A stretch of DNA of 64,000 bases, taken from NCBI GenBank assembly GCA_963666205.1, contig OY762654.1, positions 128,001-192,000 of the forward strand, given 5' to 3'. Of this stretch, positions 40,814 to 52,543 are shown in pieces; within the stretch, counting starts at the first letter, position 1, and each line of letters begins with the position of its first letter. The position numbers and the translations under genes are program-made. This DNA comes from Synergistales bacterium. GTDB lineage: Bacteria; Synergistota; Synergistia; Synergistales; JAFGMB01. The notes below the pieces were generated by a model. That model saw only the letters and a program-made list of their open reading frames with translations, was not told the origin of the DNA and searched no databases.

Positions 40814-42204
40814 CAGGAGTTTTCTCTCCCTGAGCCCAGGTTTTCAGCAATATAAAAAGGAGGAAGACGATACAATTCTGTATTTGGAAGTTGTTTCAGA
40901 CATTCCCAAGCCTCATGTAATGTAGCATCCATAGTTCTGTAATCAGATCCCTGGTTTACGAACCGTGTTTCGAATTCTCTGCCAAAAGCCAGATAAAGTT
41001 TTTCTGTATCCGTAAGACCATCATCACCTACGATAAGCCTGAGTCTTTCAAGTTCCTGTGCTCTGGCATAAGAGGAATATAGCTGATCAGCCATATTCCT
41101 ATGGAATTCAAAGGTTTTACGTTTCCCGATCCCCTTATTCATTAATCTGCTCAGGCTTGGAAGCACATTTATTGGAGGATAGAGTCCTCTATCATGCATG
41201 CTCCTGTCAAGAACAACCTGTCCCTCTGTGATATAGCCGGATAGGTCCACGACAGGATGGGTCATATCATCGTCGGGCATAGTTATTATGGGTATCTGGG
41301 TGATGCTTCCACTGGCTCCCCGAATACAACCCGCTCGTTCATACAAGGTCGCCAGGTCAGAATATGTATATCCAGGGTATCCCCGTCTACCAGGAACCTC
41401 TTCACGGGCAGCACTTATTTCACGGAGGGCTTCGCTATAGTAAAGCATATCGGTCATTACTACCAGTACATCATAATTCTTTTCAAAAGCAAAGTATTCT
41501 GCTACAGAAAGGGCCATTCTGGGTGTGAGAAGTCTCTCCGCTGCAGAATCACTGGCAAGGTTCAGGAAAAAGATACCATTGTCAATTGCACCTGTAGATC
41601 TAAATGTATCGATAAAAAAGTCAGCCTCTCGTTGAGTGATTCCCATGGCAGCAAAAATGACCAGAAAATCTGAATCGCTGCCTGGTACACGAGCTTGACT
41701 CACAATCTGGGCTGCTAACTGGTTTGCAGGAAGCCCCGCTCCTGAAAATATTGGGAGTTTCTGTCCCTTTACAAGAGTATTCATCATATCGATAGTTGAT
41801 ATACCAGTTTCGATATACGAAGATGGACTTTGCCTCCAGACAGGGTTGATGGGCATGCCACTGGTCGGCAGGAGTTTTTCTATGTATCCCATTGTTTTAC
41901 CGTCAATTCGCCTACCTCTACCGTCCAGTATCTGTCCGATAAGAGCCTCACCGGCAGGAACCCTGACAATGTCTCTCTCAAGCCAGACGGTACTCTTGCC
42001 AATATCCATCCCCATAGTACCGTCAAAGACCTGTACGATGCAGAGATCATCATCTACCTGAAGTATCTGTCCGGTCCGAACACCGGAAGGGGTCTCAATA
42101 GAAACAAGCTCGGCAAAGCCGGGTTGTCTGACGCCTTTGAGAAAAAGAAGAGGACCGACTATACCCGAGAGAGAAGTGTAGCCTTCTCTGAATAGGTTAA
42201 TCAT
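40813..42204 (-). CDS. atpB: V/A-type ATPase subunit B
   Basis: GQKLPIFSG, PGRRGYPGY.YSDL and LPSLSRLM. Confidence 0.95.
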   Translation of the reverse strand: MINLFREGYTSLSGIVGPLLFLKGVRQPGFAELVSIETPSGVRTGQILQVDDDLCIVQVFDGTMGMDIGKSTVWLERDIVRVPAGEALIGQILDGRGRRIDGKTMGYIEKLLPTSGMPINPVWRQSPSSYIETGISTIDMMNTLVKGQKLPIFSGAGLPANQLAAQIVSQARVPGSDSDFLVIFAAMGITQREADFFIDTFRSTGAIDNGIFFLNLASDSAAERLLTPRMALSVAEYFAFEKNYDVLVVMTDMLYYSEALREISAAREEVPGRRGYPGYTYSDLATLYERAGCIRGASGSITQIPIITMPDDDMTHPVVDLSGYITEGQVVLDRSMHDRGLYPPINVLPSLSRLMNKGIGKRKTFEFHRNMADQLYSSYARAQELERLRLIVGDDGLTDTEKLYLAFGREFETRFVNQGSDYRTMDATLHEAWECLKQLPNTELYRLPPFYIAENLGSGRENS

Positions 42205-43958
42205 TTAAATACCACCATATCCTGGAGTTGGTGTTGTAACTTATCTAACCAGTATTTCCCTTTTGTTTCAAGTTCTACATGGTCCAGATCACGTAGCTTG
42301 AGAAGATCTACCCTGAATGGTATTGATGATATCTGATCGTAGATCAGGCCACCTTCAAGTCTGATCTGAACAATATCATCAAGTTTTTTCAGAATTAACA
42401 GCAGTTGTTTTTGCTTATCCAGTGAACAGAAGGCATCAACATCTGAAAAAGCATTCTGCTGTAGATATACAACTTTGAGGATCTCCACTAGTTCAAGAAG
42501 CCATTTGTCCTGTTCAGAAAGACCGTCTCTACCAACAAGCTGCACAAGGTCTTTCAGTATTCTTTCCCGTTCAAGCATGTCCTTGAGATAAGATTTCAAG
42601 GACTTCCATTCAGGACCAAGTTCAGATGAAAAAAAATGTTCCAGAGTGTCTTCAAAAAGAGAATAGCTCTGTTGCCAGTTTATAGCTGGAAAATGTCTCT
42701 GCTGAGCTAATCGTTTGTCCAGTCCCCAGAAAACTCCAGATAACCTTAAGCTGGATTGTGTAACTGGTTCAGAAAAATCTCCTCCAGCTGGAGATACGGC
42801 ATTAATGACTGAGACTGAACCGTTACGGTCTGGTGTACCCATGTTCTTAACTCTACCTGCCCGTTCATAATATTGTGCCAGTCTGGTTCCCAGATACGCA
42901 GGATATCCCTCTTCTCCCGGCATTTCTTCTAACCTGCCGCCTATTTCACGCAGAGCTTCTGCCCATCTGGAAGTAGAGTCTGCCATAATAGCAACGTTAT
43001 ATCCCATATCCCTGTAATATTCAGCTATCGTCATACCGAGATAGATACTGGCTTCCCGGGCTGCTACTGGCATATTAGATGTATTTGCGATCAAAACCAT
43101 TCTTTCCATTAGAGGTGCATCATGATAAGGATCTGAAAGGACAGGAAATTCTTCCAGCACTTCAGTCATTTCGTTTCCACGTTCACCACAGCCTATATAA
43201 ACGATAATATCAGCGCTGCACCACTTGGCGAGAGATTGCTGTGTGACTGTTTTTCCGGTACCAAAACCTCCCGGCATTACTGCTGCTCCTCCAAGAGCCA
43301 TAGGGAACAGAGTATCAAGAACCCTCTGACCGGTAATCAGGGGTTGATCAAAGGGAAGTCTCTTTGTGACCGGTCGGGGTTGTCGTACTTCCCATGTCTG
43401 AGTTGCTTTTATTACATAACCGTTATCCAGAACGCACAGCTCATCAGAAACAGTGTATTCTCCCGGTGAGACAATTGTCCTGATTCTTGCCCTTGAAACA
43501 TCTGGCGGAACCATGATTCGATGGTTCAGAAAAGAAGTTTCAGGCATATCACCGATAATGGATCCAGGCCCCACTGAAGATCCGACTTCTAACGATGGTA
43601 AGAACTGCCATTTATGCTCAGGACAGAGGGGGCTAATATGAGATCCTTTCTTGAGAAAGATCCCCTCTTCGCCAAGTTCTGTTAATGGTCGCCCTATACC
43701 ATCAAGTACAGATCCAAGAAGACCCGGCCCGAGATCCAGTTGTAAAAGACTGCCTGAAAAATATACAGGTTCTCCTGTACACAGTCCGGAAGTGTCTTCA
43801 TAAACCTGTATGAAAATATTGTCGCCCAGGATACGGATAACTTCCCCTAGTAACTTATCGTGACCAACATGTGCTACCTCAAACATTCGTATGGCCAGAT
43901 CACTCTTTGCTTTTACAACTGGTCCCGAAATTCCGGTTATTTCACCTAGGTTAGACAT
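42201..43958 (-). CDS. atpA: V/A-type ATPase subunit A
   Basis: [29 protein letters not shown] and EEGYPAYL. Confidence 0.96.
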   Translation of the reverse strand: MSNLGEITGISGPVVKAKSDLAIRMFEVAHVGHDKLLGEVIRILGDNIFIQVYEDTSGLCTGEPVYFSGSLLQLDLGPGLLGSVLDGIGRPLTELGEEGIFLKKGSHISPLCPEHKWQFLPSLEVGSSVGPGSIIGDMPETSFLNHRIMVPPDVSRARIRTIVSPGEYTVSDELCVLDNGYVIKATQTWEVRQPRPVTKRLPFDQPLITGQRVLDTLFPMALGGAAVMPGGFGTGKTVTQQSLAKWCSADIIVYIGCGERGNEMTEVLEEFPVLSDPYHDAPLMERMVLIANTSNMPVAAREASIYLGMTIAEYYRDMGYNVAIMADSTSRWAEALREIGGRLEEMPGEEGYPAYLGTRLAQYYERAGRVKNMGTPDRNGSVSVINAVSPAGGDFSEPVTQSSLRLSGVFWGLDKRLAQQRHFPAINWQQSYSLFEDTLEHFFSSELGPEWKSLKSYLKDMLERERILKDLVQLVGRDGLSEQDKWLLELVEILKVVYLQQNAFSDVDAFCSLDKQKQLLLILKKLDDIVQIRLEGGLIYDQISSIPFRVDLLKLRDLDHVELETKGKYWLDKLQHQLQDMVVFK

Positions 43959-43967
43959 CCTTACACC

Positions 43968-44234
43968 TCATATCAGGTCATTTGTTATGGATGGAAATGG
44001 TATTATTACCGGATCCTGAAGTCTTATCAGTTTTTGCCTGACAAGATCTGGCAAGTCATTGAGCCAGCTTTCTTCAACAATGACAAACCCTGTTTCTTCA
44101 TTCAGGATTTCTTTCATAAGCGTTGGGAAAACGGCGGGGTCTTCACAGATCATCTTCTCAAAACCTTCCAGGGCCCAAAGATCTACGAAAATCTGACGTC
44201 CTAGAACCAAAGCTCTTTTCGTTGAATCAGTCAT
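43968..44234 (-). CDS. atpF: V/A-type ATPase subunit F
   Basis: 88 aa between C and A; F-like pattern ending PVIIPFP; divergent. Confidence 0.75.
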   Translation of the reverse strand: MTDSTKRALVLGRQIFVDLWALEGFEKMICEDPAVFPTLMKEILNEETGFVIVEESWLNDLPDLVRQKLIRLQDPVIIPFPSITNDLI

Positions 44235-44257
44235 ATAAAATCACCCATTACCTGAGA

Positions 44258-45325
44258 TTATACTGGAATAAGTCTTGCTATAAGCTCTTCGGGAGGTAAA
44301 TCCATGGCCAATCCTACGCATAAGAGATTCAGATTTTCCCATTCTACAAGTTGTCTGGCCATATAACCCATAGCTACTTCTATTCCAAGAGGATTTGATC
44401 TAAAAAGCTTCATCTGCCATTTCCACATATAAATATTGAGAGCTCTCTGAAAATCCTGAGGGGTTTGCCCTTCTATTCCCCTCAAAGCAGTTCGCCAGAT
44501 GGTACCATGTACGAGGTCAGCCATGGCTTTTGATCGACAGAGCCTGTCTGGATTAAACGATAAACCCTTCTCTATGAACAGCTGATCAGTTCTGTCTGAA
44601 ACAGGGTAACCTGTTCTCTGCCTGAGCCAGATCCCGATGTTCCATGTATCGACAGTCATACCTAACAGATTCCTCACGAGTTGTGAATTGGAAGTTGAAA
44701 GATGGCTAAGGGTTTCCCATAACTGATCAAGAATTCCCAGAAGCATTGTACGTTCGGCTTTCTGTAGGTCAAATCCATTTTGAAGATCAAGCAATGAGTG
44801 GGCAAGAGCAACTGCGAACGGGTGTCCATTGGAATAACACCTTTCCATTATCCCGACTAACGATGGAGATCTTTCCCAAAGGTCATTATAGAAGGAACTA
44901 CCAAGGGATCCATATGAATGCCACCGTGGAGGGGGCCCTGAAACAGTTCCAGTTGATAAAGATCTGAGGATAAGTCTCGAATTAAGCATATCTGCCCGGG
45001 AAAAGATGATTTCCAGAAGGATCAGAGGTTCGCCTTTTGCCAATTCCTTGATATGAAGGAGTTCAAGACATGTTCCATTTGCTATTGCATTTTCAATCCT
45101 TCCAAGAAGCGCCTGGCGAGTAACAGCCAGCTGCTCCCTATAGCTTATGCCATAGCGGCTATCAAGCAGGAATTGTTCAAAATCCTTAAGGTTCCCCTTT
45201 GATATGGATACATAATCATTCATCGTCAGAAAAGACGATGATCTTGCTCTGAGAGTTGCATTAAGATATCCGTAGTTTTCTGGAGTACTCTTTAACAGTT
45301 GGCCCAATAACCTGATCAATTTCAT
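44258..45325 (-). CDS. atpC: V/A-type ATPase subunit C
   Basis: YGYLNATLRA, D..N...ILR and NPLGI...MGY....VEWENL; start uncertain. Confidence 0.8.
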   Translation of the reverse strand: MKLIRLLGQLLKSTPENYGYLNATLRARSSSFLTMNDYVSISKGNLKDFEQFLLDSRYGISYREQLAVTRQALLGRIENAIANGTCLELLHIKELAKGEPLILLEIIFSRADMLNSRLILRSLSTGTVSGPPPRWHSYGSLGSSFYNDLWERSPSLVGIMERCYSNGHPFAVALAHSLLDLQNGFDLQKAERTMLLGILDQLWETLSHLSTSNSQLVRNLLGMTVDTWNIGIWLRQRTGYPVSDRTDQLFIEKGLSFNPDRLCRSKAMADLVHGTIWRTALRGIEGQTPQDFQRALNIYMWKWQMKLFRSNPLGIEVAMGYMARQLVEWENLNLLCVGLAMDLPPEELIARLIPV

Positions 45326-45902
45326 GCGTAAGCCTTTCAGATAAAAGAGGAAGCATTCTTAACCATCGAGTTCTGAAGGTATTATCGATAATCATCTGTC
45401 CGGAACCAGATTCTTTGACTACAGACCCCCCCCAGATATCATAAGGGTTTTCCCTGATCTCCAATATTGCAGAAGATCTACGTACGAGTGGAATATCTCT
45501 TTTCAACAAGTATAAAACAGACGGTTTTCCTATTACTTGAAGACCTTCAATTATAAGGTTATTCAAAACCTTTTCATATTTGACAGTGTCCTTTCTCAAG
45601 AGGAGTATCTTTTCTTTAAGCATGACTTCAACAAGAGCTATTCTTTCCGCATGGATTTGTATGAGACAGTTTCTAAGTTGCTGCTGCACATGTAATTCCT
45701 GTCTCTGCATACGGGATTTTAACAGCGTTCTATGCTCTGCTCTTATTTGTTCGACCTGTTTTTCAACCTTCATCCTCTTAGAGATAACAATATCAGCAAG
45801 CTGATCATCTATACTGGATTTCAATTCAGCAAGTCTATCCAGATGATCATTTCTTAGAGCCTTTTTAAAGTTTTCCAGATCCGGCTTTTGTTCTTCTATC
45901 AC
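45261..45902 (-). CDS. atpE: V/A-type ATPase subunit E
   Basis: N-terminal coiled coil; GG.V...G..IIDNTF.TR; GTG behind GGAGG. Confidence 0.8.
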   Translation of the reverse strand: MIEEQKPDLENFKKALRNDHLDRLAELKSSIDDQLADIVISKRMKVEKQVEQIRAEHRTLLKSRMQRQELHVQQQLRNCLIQIHAERIALVEVMLKEKILLLRKDTVKYEKVLNNLIIEGLQVIGKPSVLYLLKRDIPLVRRSSAILEIRENPYDIWGGSVVKESGSGQMIIDNTFRTRWLRMLPLLSERLTHEIDQVIGPTVKEYSRKLRIS

Positions 45903-45931
45903 TGATTATAACCTCCATGATTATCCAGATT

Positions 45932-46150
45932 TTATGCAAACTGGAGAATCAGCATTATGGCAACAACAAAACCCAGAATAACCATTGTTTCCGGTATGGC
46001 TTCAAGAATGATAATAATACCTGCAGTTTCAGGTTTTTCTGCAACTGTTCCAGCACCAGCGCTTCCTATTTTAGCTTGTGCATATGCTGTAGCGAAAGCG
46101 GGGATACCAACGGCCAATGCCGCAGCTAAAGCTATGATCGCCTTTTCCAA
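45932..46150 (-). CDS. atpK: V/A-type ATPase proteolipid subunit K/c (single hairpin)
   Basis: 72 aa, two TM helices, AQAKIG, AEKPE and IPET. Confidence 0.92.
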   Translation of the reverse strand: MEKAIIALAAALAVGIPAFATAYAQAKIGSAGAGTVAEKPETAGIIIILEAIPETMVILGFVVAIMLILQFA

Positions 46151-48042
46151 CGAGTTTCCCTCCTTTTCGAAAATGGTTTATAGTATTTTCCAGCTCCGGA
46201 ATAAAACTTGCCCATAAATTCCACGTAGTGTAATCTTGCAGAATGTAGACCAGAACCTCCCAAAGCAAGAATAAAATTAAGTATGTGAATAGCTAAAGCC
46301 ATGAAAATCCCAAGTACAGATAATCCAAAGACATCTACAAACCTTGAAGCCACAACAGCCAGGATCGCTGAAGAAAGACCAATTGCAGCTATACGAACAT
46401 AACTCAGAATGTTGCCTATGGATCCCATAGCTTCAATAAGTCCTCCCATTCCCCCTCCGATCATCAGAATAAGGAATCCAATTATCAGTGCAGATATGGC
46501 GAGGGTAAAGAAACTTTCAGGTAGCCAGCCCTTTAAGATCACAAGCAAGCCAAAAAGAGCAAGTATAATTATGAAATTACCGGTTTTTTCCATCCAGATA
46601 TGATGTTTTTTCCGTTTGATTCCATGGTAGATACCAAGGAGTAAACCAAGGAGAACATGGGCAGCTCCAAGGGATATGGTAAATATCATCACCGGCATTA
46701 CAGTATGGGATCGCTCTAACCATATTGGTTCCATGTGAAAAAGTCTGAGACCTAGATCACCGAAGAATTCGCCGAAGGCAAGACCCCAGATACTGCTCCA
46801 GACCCCAACAGCAAGGAGAACGTGTCCCAGATCTGCAAGCAACTGTTGTCCCCTTTTTTTCTTTAACCATAAACCAAGCAGCAGTATCAGAAGGCCATAT
46901 CCGATATCGCCAACCATACATCCGGAAAACAGGGGAAAGAATATGGCAATGAATGCTGTTGGATCAATCGTCTTGTATGAAGGAGCCTGTAATAGTTTCA
47001 GAAATATCTCGAAGGGTCTGAAAGCCGGGATATTATATAGAGAGGTAGGTACTGTATGCCATTCTTCAGATGAAGGATACCTCCATCTATAAATTACCCT
47101 GTCGGCAAAAGCGTCAGTAAGAGTTTTCATCGTTATATCAAGGCTGTCTGATGGAATCCAACCTTCAATGAGGAAAAGAGGACCCTTTTCACTGGTAGAA
47201 TTTTCTACCAGTAATTGTTCAAGTTTTTCATCGGCCAGAATATAAAACGCTGCGAGCTTAGGACCCCATTCTTCACGGGCCAGAGCGAGTTCCGAACGTA
47301 TCTCTTCAAGTCTTTTGGGTATCCAGATCAGACCTTCCTCAACAGCTTCAACAGAATAGAGAGCAGTATCCCTTTCATAATCTGCTGGAGGGTGCCATTT
47401 AACCCCCCCAAGACTTGTCATAACTCTGGACATCGCCTCGGCTACATCGTTGTGGACACTAAGAGAAAGAAGAACCTCCTTATCCCTGACCTGGAAACTG
47501 TGATATGAAAGATATTCTCTGTCTTTAACCGGTGTAAGTCTGCGTATTTCTTTTCTAAGATCAGACAGGGATCTGGAAAGTGTACGTTTATTTACCCACC
47601 AGAGAGATGTAACCATACCTTTGGATTCTTCTTCACTCAGGAATGACTCAAAATGATGGATTACATCATGAGTGTGATGTAGCTTCAATTGAAGTTCTTT
47701 CAGGGACTTCTCTTCTTCCCTCATCCTGCTTATCCGTATCTGGAACATGTCAAGGCTCTTATCAACTTCCTGAATGATATCATCCAGGGGAAGGGTAAAG
47801 CTCATTCGAGCCTTTTGGATCGGATCTTCATTCAATCTGTTCCAGTCATCCCACTCAAGGGCTTCCAACATACCAAGAAGCTTGCTCCTCAACAGGCGCA
47901 AGCTATCTATCTGTTCATTGGATAATATACTTGAATGAGGGCTCTCCATGTGTAAAACGCCAAGTTCGTGAAGGCAGTTTACAACTCCGGATCTTTCATT
48001 TACAAGACCCCAGACAGCCAGACGTACCATTTCCCTTATCAA
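46132..48042 (-). CDS. atpI: V/A-type ATPase subunit I
   Basis: DPT, GDIGYG, GEFFG, SYVRIAA and HSARLHYVEF..KFY. Confidence 0.94.
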   Translation of the reverse strand: MIREMVRLAVWGLVNERSGVVNCLHELGVLHMESPHSSILSNEQIDSLRLLRSKLLGMLEALEWDDWNRLNEDPIQKARMSFTLPLDDIIQEVDKSLDMFQIRISRMREEEKSLKELQLKLHHTHDVIHHFESFLSEEESKGMVTSLWWVNKRTLSRSLSDLRKEIRRLTPVKDREYLSYHSFQVRDKEVLLSLSVHNDVAEAMSRVMTSLGGVKWHPPADYERDTALYSVEAVEEGLIWIPKRLEEIRSELALAREEWGPKLAAFYILADEKLEQLLVENSTSEKGPLFLIEGWIPSDSLDITMKTLTDAFADRVIYRWRYPSSEEWHTVPTSLYNIPAFRPFEIFLKLLQAPSYKTIDPTAFIAIFFPLFSGCMVGDIGYGLLILLLGLWLKKKRGQQLLADLGHVLLAVGVWSSIWGLAFGEFFGDLGLRLFHMEPIWLERSHTVMPVMIFTISLGAAHVLLGLLLGIYHGIKRKKHHIWMEKTGNFIIILALFGLLVILKGWLPESFFTLAISALIIGFLILMIGGGMGGLIEAMGSIGNILSYVRIAAIGLSSAILAVVASRFVDVFGLSVLGIFMALAIHILNFILALGGSGLHSARLHYVEFMGKFYSGAGKYYKPFSKRRETRWKRRS

Positions 48043-48056
48043 ATAACCAACTCCAA

Positions 48057-48407
48057 TTATTTTCCCGGTTTTGTTATAGCATTAAAAACCCAGTCTACGA
48101 TGTTCTCAAGATCTGGCTGATTTTCTTTATCTGAAACGAGAGTTGATCTGAATGCCTCAATCTGATCTGCCTGATCCAGTTGAGTTGATTTCAAACGTTG
48201 TTCACACTCATTCCATTCACTATGTGTTTTTTCAATCGTTTTGAGTGAAATGTCCTCCAGGTGCTGAGTAGCGTTATGAAGTTCCTGAAGAAGCATTTTC
48301 TCTTGAGCCTTTAACTGGCTTTCCAGTTCGTGTCGGAAATCATCTAGTTCTTCCTGTATATCCCAGTTATTTTCTGATGAAGTCAGGGAATGTTCATTCT
48401 TCTTCAT
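48057..48407 (-). CDS. Probable V/A-type ATPase peripheral stalk subunit G/H
   Basis: 116 aa helical charged protein immediately before subunit I, ending IVDWVFNAI. Assigned mainly by position. Confidence 0.5.
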   Translation of the reverse strand: MKKNEHSLTSSENNWDIQEELDDFRHELESQLKAQEKMLLQELHNATQHLEDISLKTIEKTHSEWNECEQRLKSTQLDQADQIEAFRSTLVSDKENQPDLENIVDWVFNAITKPGK

Positions 48408-48861
48408 TCAGGGTATCTGCCTCCATCAGGAATTCACAGAAAGCACCCCTGTCTATTATGCCTACCAGTTTTCCATTTTCCACGACAGGGAGTCTCTTTA
48501 CCTTTTTTCGCAACATAAGATCTGCGACTATCATCAGACTGGTTGCGGGTTCAACATAAATGGGTTTTGTATTCATAAATTCGCTCACTTGTGTGTTTCC
48601 CAGTGTTTTGAAGCGATCCAAAAGGCTGCATTCCTCATCGTTCAGAAAAGAGCTCTGGGCAATAACCTCAAGATAAGTGGGAAGGGCTGCCTTAAGAACA
48701 TCAGATTCAGAAAGATATCCCATCAAGACCCAGTCTTCACGAATTACAGGGATCCCAGACAGATTATGACTATAAAGAATATGTACGGCATCATGGATCA
48801 GATCGTCCTCCATGACAGCAGTCAGATCTCGCTGCATAAGAGTCTGTGCCTTCGTATTCAT
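48394..48861 (-). CDS. Standalone CBS-pair domain protein
   Basis: LM...SGIPVI...GYLSESD and M...KRLPVVENGKLVGIIDR; ATG 48861. Confidence 0.88.
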   Translation of the reverse strand: MNTKAQTLMQRDLTAVMEDDLIHDAVHILYSHNLSGIPVIREDWVLMGYLSESDVLKAALPTYLEVIAQSSFLNDEECSLLDRFKTLGNTQVSEFMNTKPIYVEPATSLMIVADLMLRKKVKRLPVVENGKLVGIIDRGAFCEFLMEADTLNEEE

Positions 48862-48863
48862 TT

Positions 48864-50603
48864 CTATCGAACCTTCTTTTGAAATAACAGATGAATTTTG
48901 GTGAAGATAACTTGAACAAGAAAGAAGAAAAGGTTCAGATCTCTTCTTAGTCTCCAGGGTTCCTGGATCAATCGGTAAAGCCATTCAAGGTTCAGCTTCT
49001 GAAAAGTCTCGGGTGCTCGACGGATATTTCCGGAAATCACGTCAAAAGCTCCTCCTACCCCAACAGCACAAATGTTACCGATCTTGCCAATATTTTCAGC
49101 GATCCATTCTTCCTGTAAAGGTACTCCCATTCCAGCAAAGAGGATCCTGGCTCCGGATGCCTTAATCGATTCAATCACAGATGGAGTATCATCTTCTGTA
49201 AAATATCCGTTCCTGTACCCCGATATGGTCAGTCCGGGATACTTTTTCTGAAGTGTTAGGGCAGCTTTGGCTACAATAGGATCAGTGCTGCCAAGAAGGT
49301 AAACTGAAAAGTCCTCAGAGGCTGCAGATCTGCAGACCTGTTCAAGAAAGTCTATTCCAGTGACTCTTTCCTGGACTGGAGTTCCAAGACATTTCATAGC
49401 CCAGAGAATACCTGCACCATCTGGTAAGGAGAGATCTGCCTGATTAGTAATTGCGCGATACTTTGCATGAGTTCTTCCAAGGTACGCGGATAACGCATTA
49501 ACAGTCACGACAATGAAAGGTCTGGTTCCATTCTTTGCACTGCTAATAAATCTGGAAACTGCATAATTCATTGATACATTATCTATAGGGATACCCCATA
49601 AATATGGTTTCCTGCAGGTATGTTCCTTCGCTAAAATGGCATTGAGGACAGGAAGGGAGAACACAAAAGAAGAAGAAAAAACAACAGATGAAACTATTAA
49701 TGCGTTTCCGGGACTCGTAAGTTGAAAGACCGTGACAATTGAGCCAATAGTAGCACAGATAAGTGTTATCAGGTGTACTGCAGTTGGATGATCAAGACCT
49801 CTTTTTACAAGCTCTCGATAAAGAAGCATTGCTCCCTTTGGTTTTTCTGAAAGGGCAAGGCTGGCGAAATGCAGCGAAGTTTCCATAATAGGTATGGCAA
49901 AAAGTCCTATGGGAATTACAATCAGAGTACTCAGGGTTATACCTTTACTGACCCCCAGAACCGATGTACCAGCAACAATTACACCCCAGAATGATGAAAG
50001 GGGTTTGCCAAGTTGTCTGTAAAGATGTCCATGTCGACTCCAGAAAAGTGCTAGCAGAGCCAGACCGGAAAAAGACATCATGAATGCATTACCAAGATCC
50101 TGACCAGAAACGAGGGTTACTATGAGTACCAGAACAAAGGTAATAGCCAGAAGATGGCCAACCATTCCCGGAACGTTGTCCAACTCCTGCAGCAGTAAAG
50201 GGAACATAGTTATCCATAGAGCAGTAACAACTATAGAGAACAGTGGGGAAAGAAAGAGATATTCTCCGCCAGGAAGTCCTATAAAAGAAATACGGGGGCC
50301 GAGAAGAGAGAAAAGCAAGCCAACAGAAATGTACATCCATCTAAGGTTCCGATCCGGATTTATGTGCTGGACCATTCCTAAGGCAAGGGAAATGACAGAA
50401 CAGCCTACAATAACACGAAGTACACTGGTACCGAATGAAGAAATCAGAATAAACCAACTACCAACAAGGAGCAGGTCACGGAAATAATCATATTGAACTT
50501 TATTAAGGATCTTCTTGCAGAAACGCTGTGTAAAAAAACAGAATATGACTCCTGAACACAGGGCAAAGATAAATGAGTGTATATTTATACTTAGAGAGGG
50601 CAC
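48864..50603 (-). CDS. Fusion of a degenerate WecA/TagO/MraY-like membrane domain and a WecB/TagA/CpsF glycosyltransferase
   Basis: About 10 TMs, then PDGAG, RVTGID, GMGVP.QE.WI, GVGGAFD and RAP...LEWLYRL..EP.R. GTG 50603 behind AAGGAGG. Confidence 0.8.
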   Translation of the reverse strand: MPSLSINIHSFIFALCSGVIFCFFTQRFCKKILNKVQYDYFRDLLLVGSWFILISSFGTSVLRVIVGCSVISLALGMVQHINPDRNLRWMYISVGLLFSLLGPRISFIGLPGGEYLFLSPLFSIVVTALWITMFPLLLQELDNVPGMVGHLLAITFVLVLIVTLVSGQDLGNAFMMSFSGLALLALFWSRHGHLYRQLGKPLSSFWGVIVAGTSVLGVSKGITLSTLIVIPIGLFAIPIMETSLHFASLALSEKPKGAMLLYRELVKRGLDHPTAVHLITLICATIGSIVTVFQLTSPGNALIVSSVVFSSSFVFSLPVLNAILAKEHTCRKPYLWGIPIDNVSMNYAVSRFISSAKNGTRPFIVVTVNALSAYLGRTHAKYRAITNQADLSLPDGAGILWAMKCLGTPVQERVTGIDFLEQVCRSAASEDFSVYLLGSTDPIVAKAALTLQKKYPGLTISGYRNGYFTEDDTPSVIESIKASGARILFAGMGVPLQEEWIAENIGKIGNICAVGVGGAFDVISGNIRRAPETFQKLNLEWLYRLIQEPWRLRRDLNLFFFLVQVIFTKIHLLFQKKVR

Positions 50604-50688
50604 GCAAGGAGTCCTCCTTTCAAAGCTTTCATGCGAATACATATTTTAAGGATCAGGATGTAATCAACAACCCTATTTTACCAAGATT

Positions 50689-50739
50689 AAAGTAGATTTT
50701 CCATTTACCCTGTAAGCAGTCAGGTAAATGGAAATCTAC
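50689..50739 (-). terminator. Terminator after serS
   Basis: gtagatttccatttacc ... ggtaaatggaaaatctac followed by ttt. Confidence 0.7.
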
Positions 50740-50745
50740 AAACAC

Positions 50746-52038
<1,293 letters not shown>

Positions 52039-52515
52039 TCAAGCCTCCTCTGTGCGGATCTCTTTAAGGACATTGGCCATTTCCAGTACTGCGACAGCGG
52101 TTTCAGCACCCTTGTTACCACTTTTACTGCCTGCTCTGAGGAGAGCCTGCTCAAGATTATCACAGGTAAGGACACCAAATCCTATGGGAACCCTATGTTG
52201 GAGACTGACTTGGGAAATACCTTTTGACATTTCAGCGGAAACATATTCAAAATGGGGTGTATCTCCCCTGATAACCGCTCCAACAGCTATGATACCGTCA
52301 TAAATTCCCTTTAGAGCTATTTCCTTTGCGAGGAGAGGTATCTCCCATGCACCCGGTACCCAGACTAAATCGACATTCTGGGGATTTACACCATGTCTGA
52401 AAAGTGCATCTTTGGCACCATCAAGAAGCCGGGATGAGATTAATTCATTAAAACGAGAAGAGATAAGGCAGAATCTCAACCCCGTCCCTATAAGTTTTCC
52501 CTGGATGATCTTCAT
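52039..52515 (-). CDS. ribH: 6,7-dimethyl-8-ribityllumazine synthase
   Basis: SRFN, VPGAWEIP, RGDTPHFEYV and NKG. Confidence 0.96.
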   Translation of the reverse strand: MKIIQGKLIGTGLRFCLISSRFNELISSRLLDGAKDALFRHGVNPQNVDLVWVPGAWEIPLLAKEIALKGIYDGIIAVGAVIRGDTPHFEYVSAEMSKGISQVSLQHRVPIGFGVLTCDNLEQALLRAGSKSGNKGAETAVAVLEMANVLKEIRTEEA

Positions 52516-52543
52516 AACAGATTCTCCTTCCGATTTGAATGTT

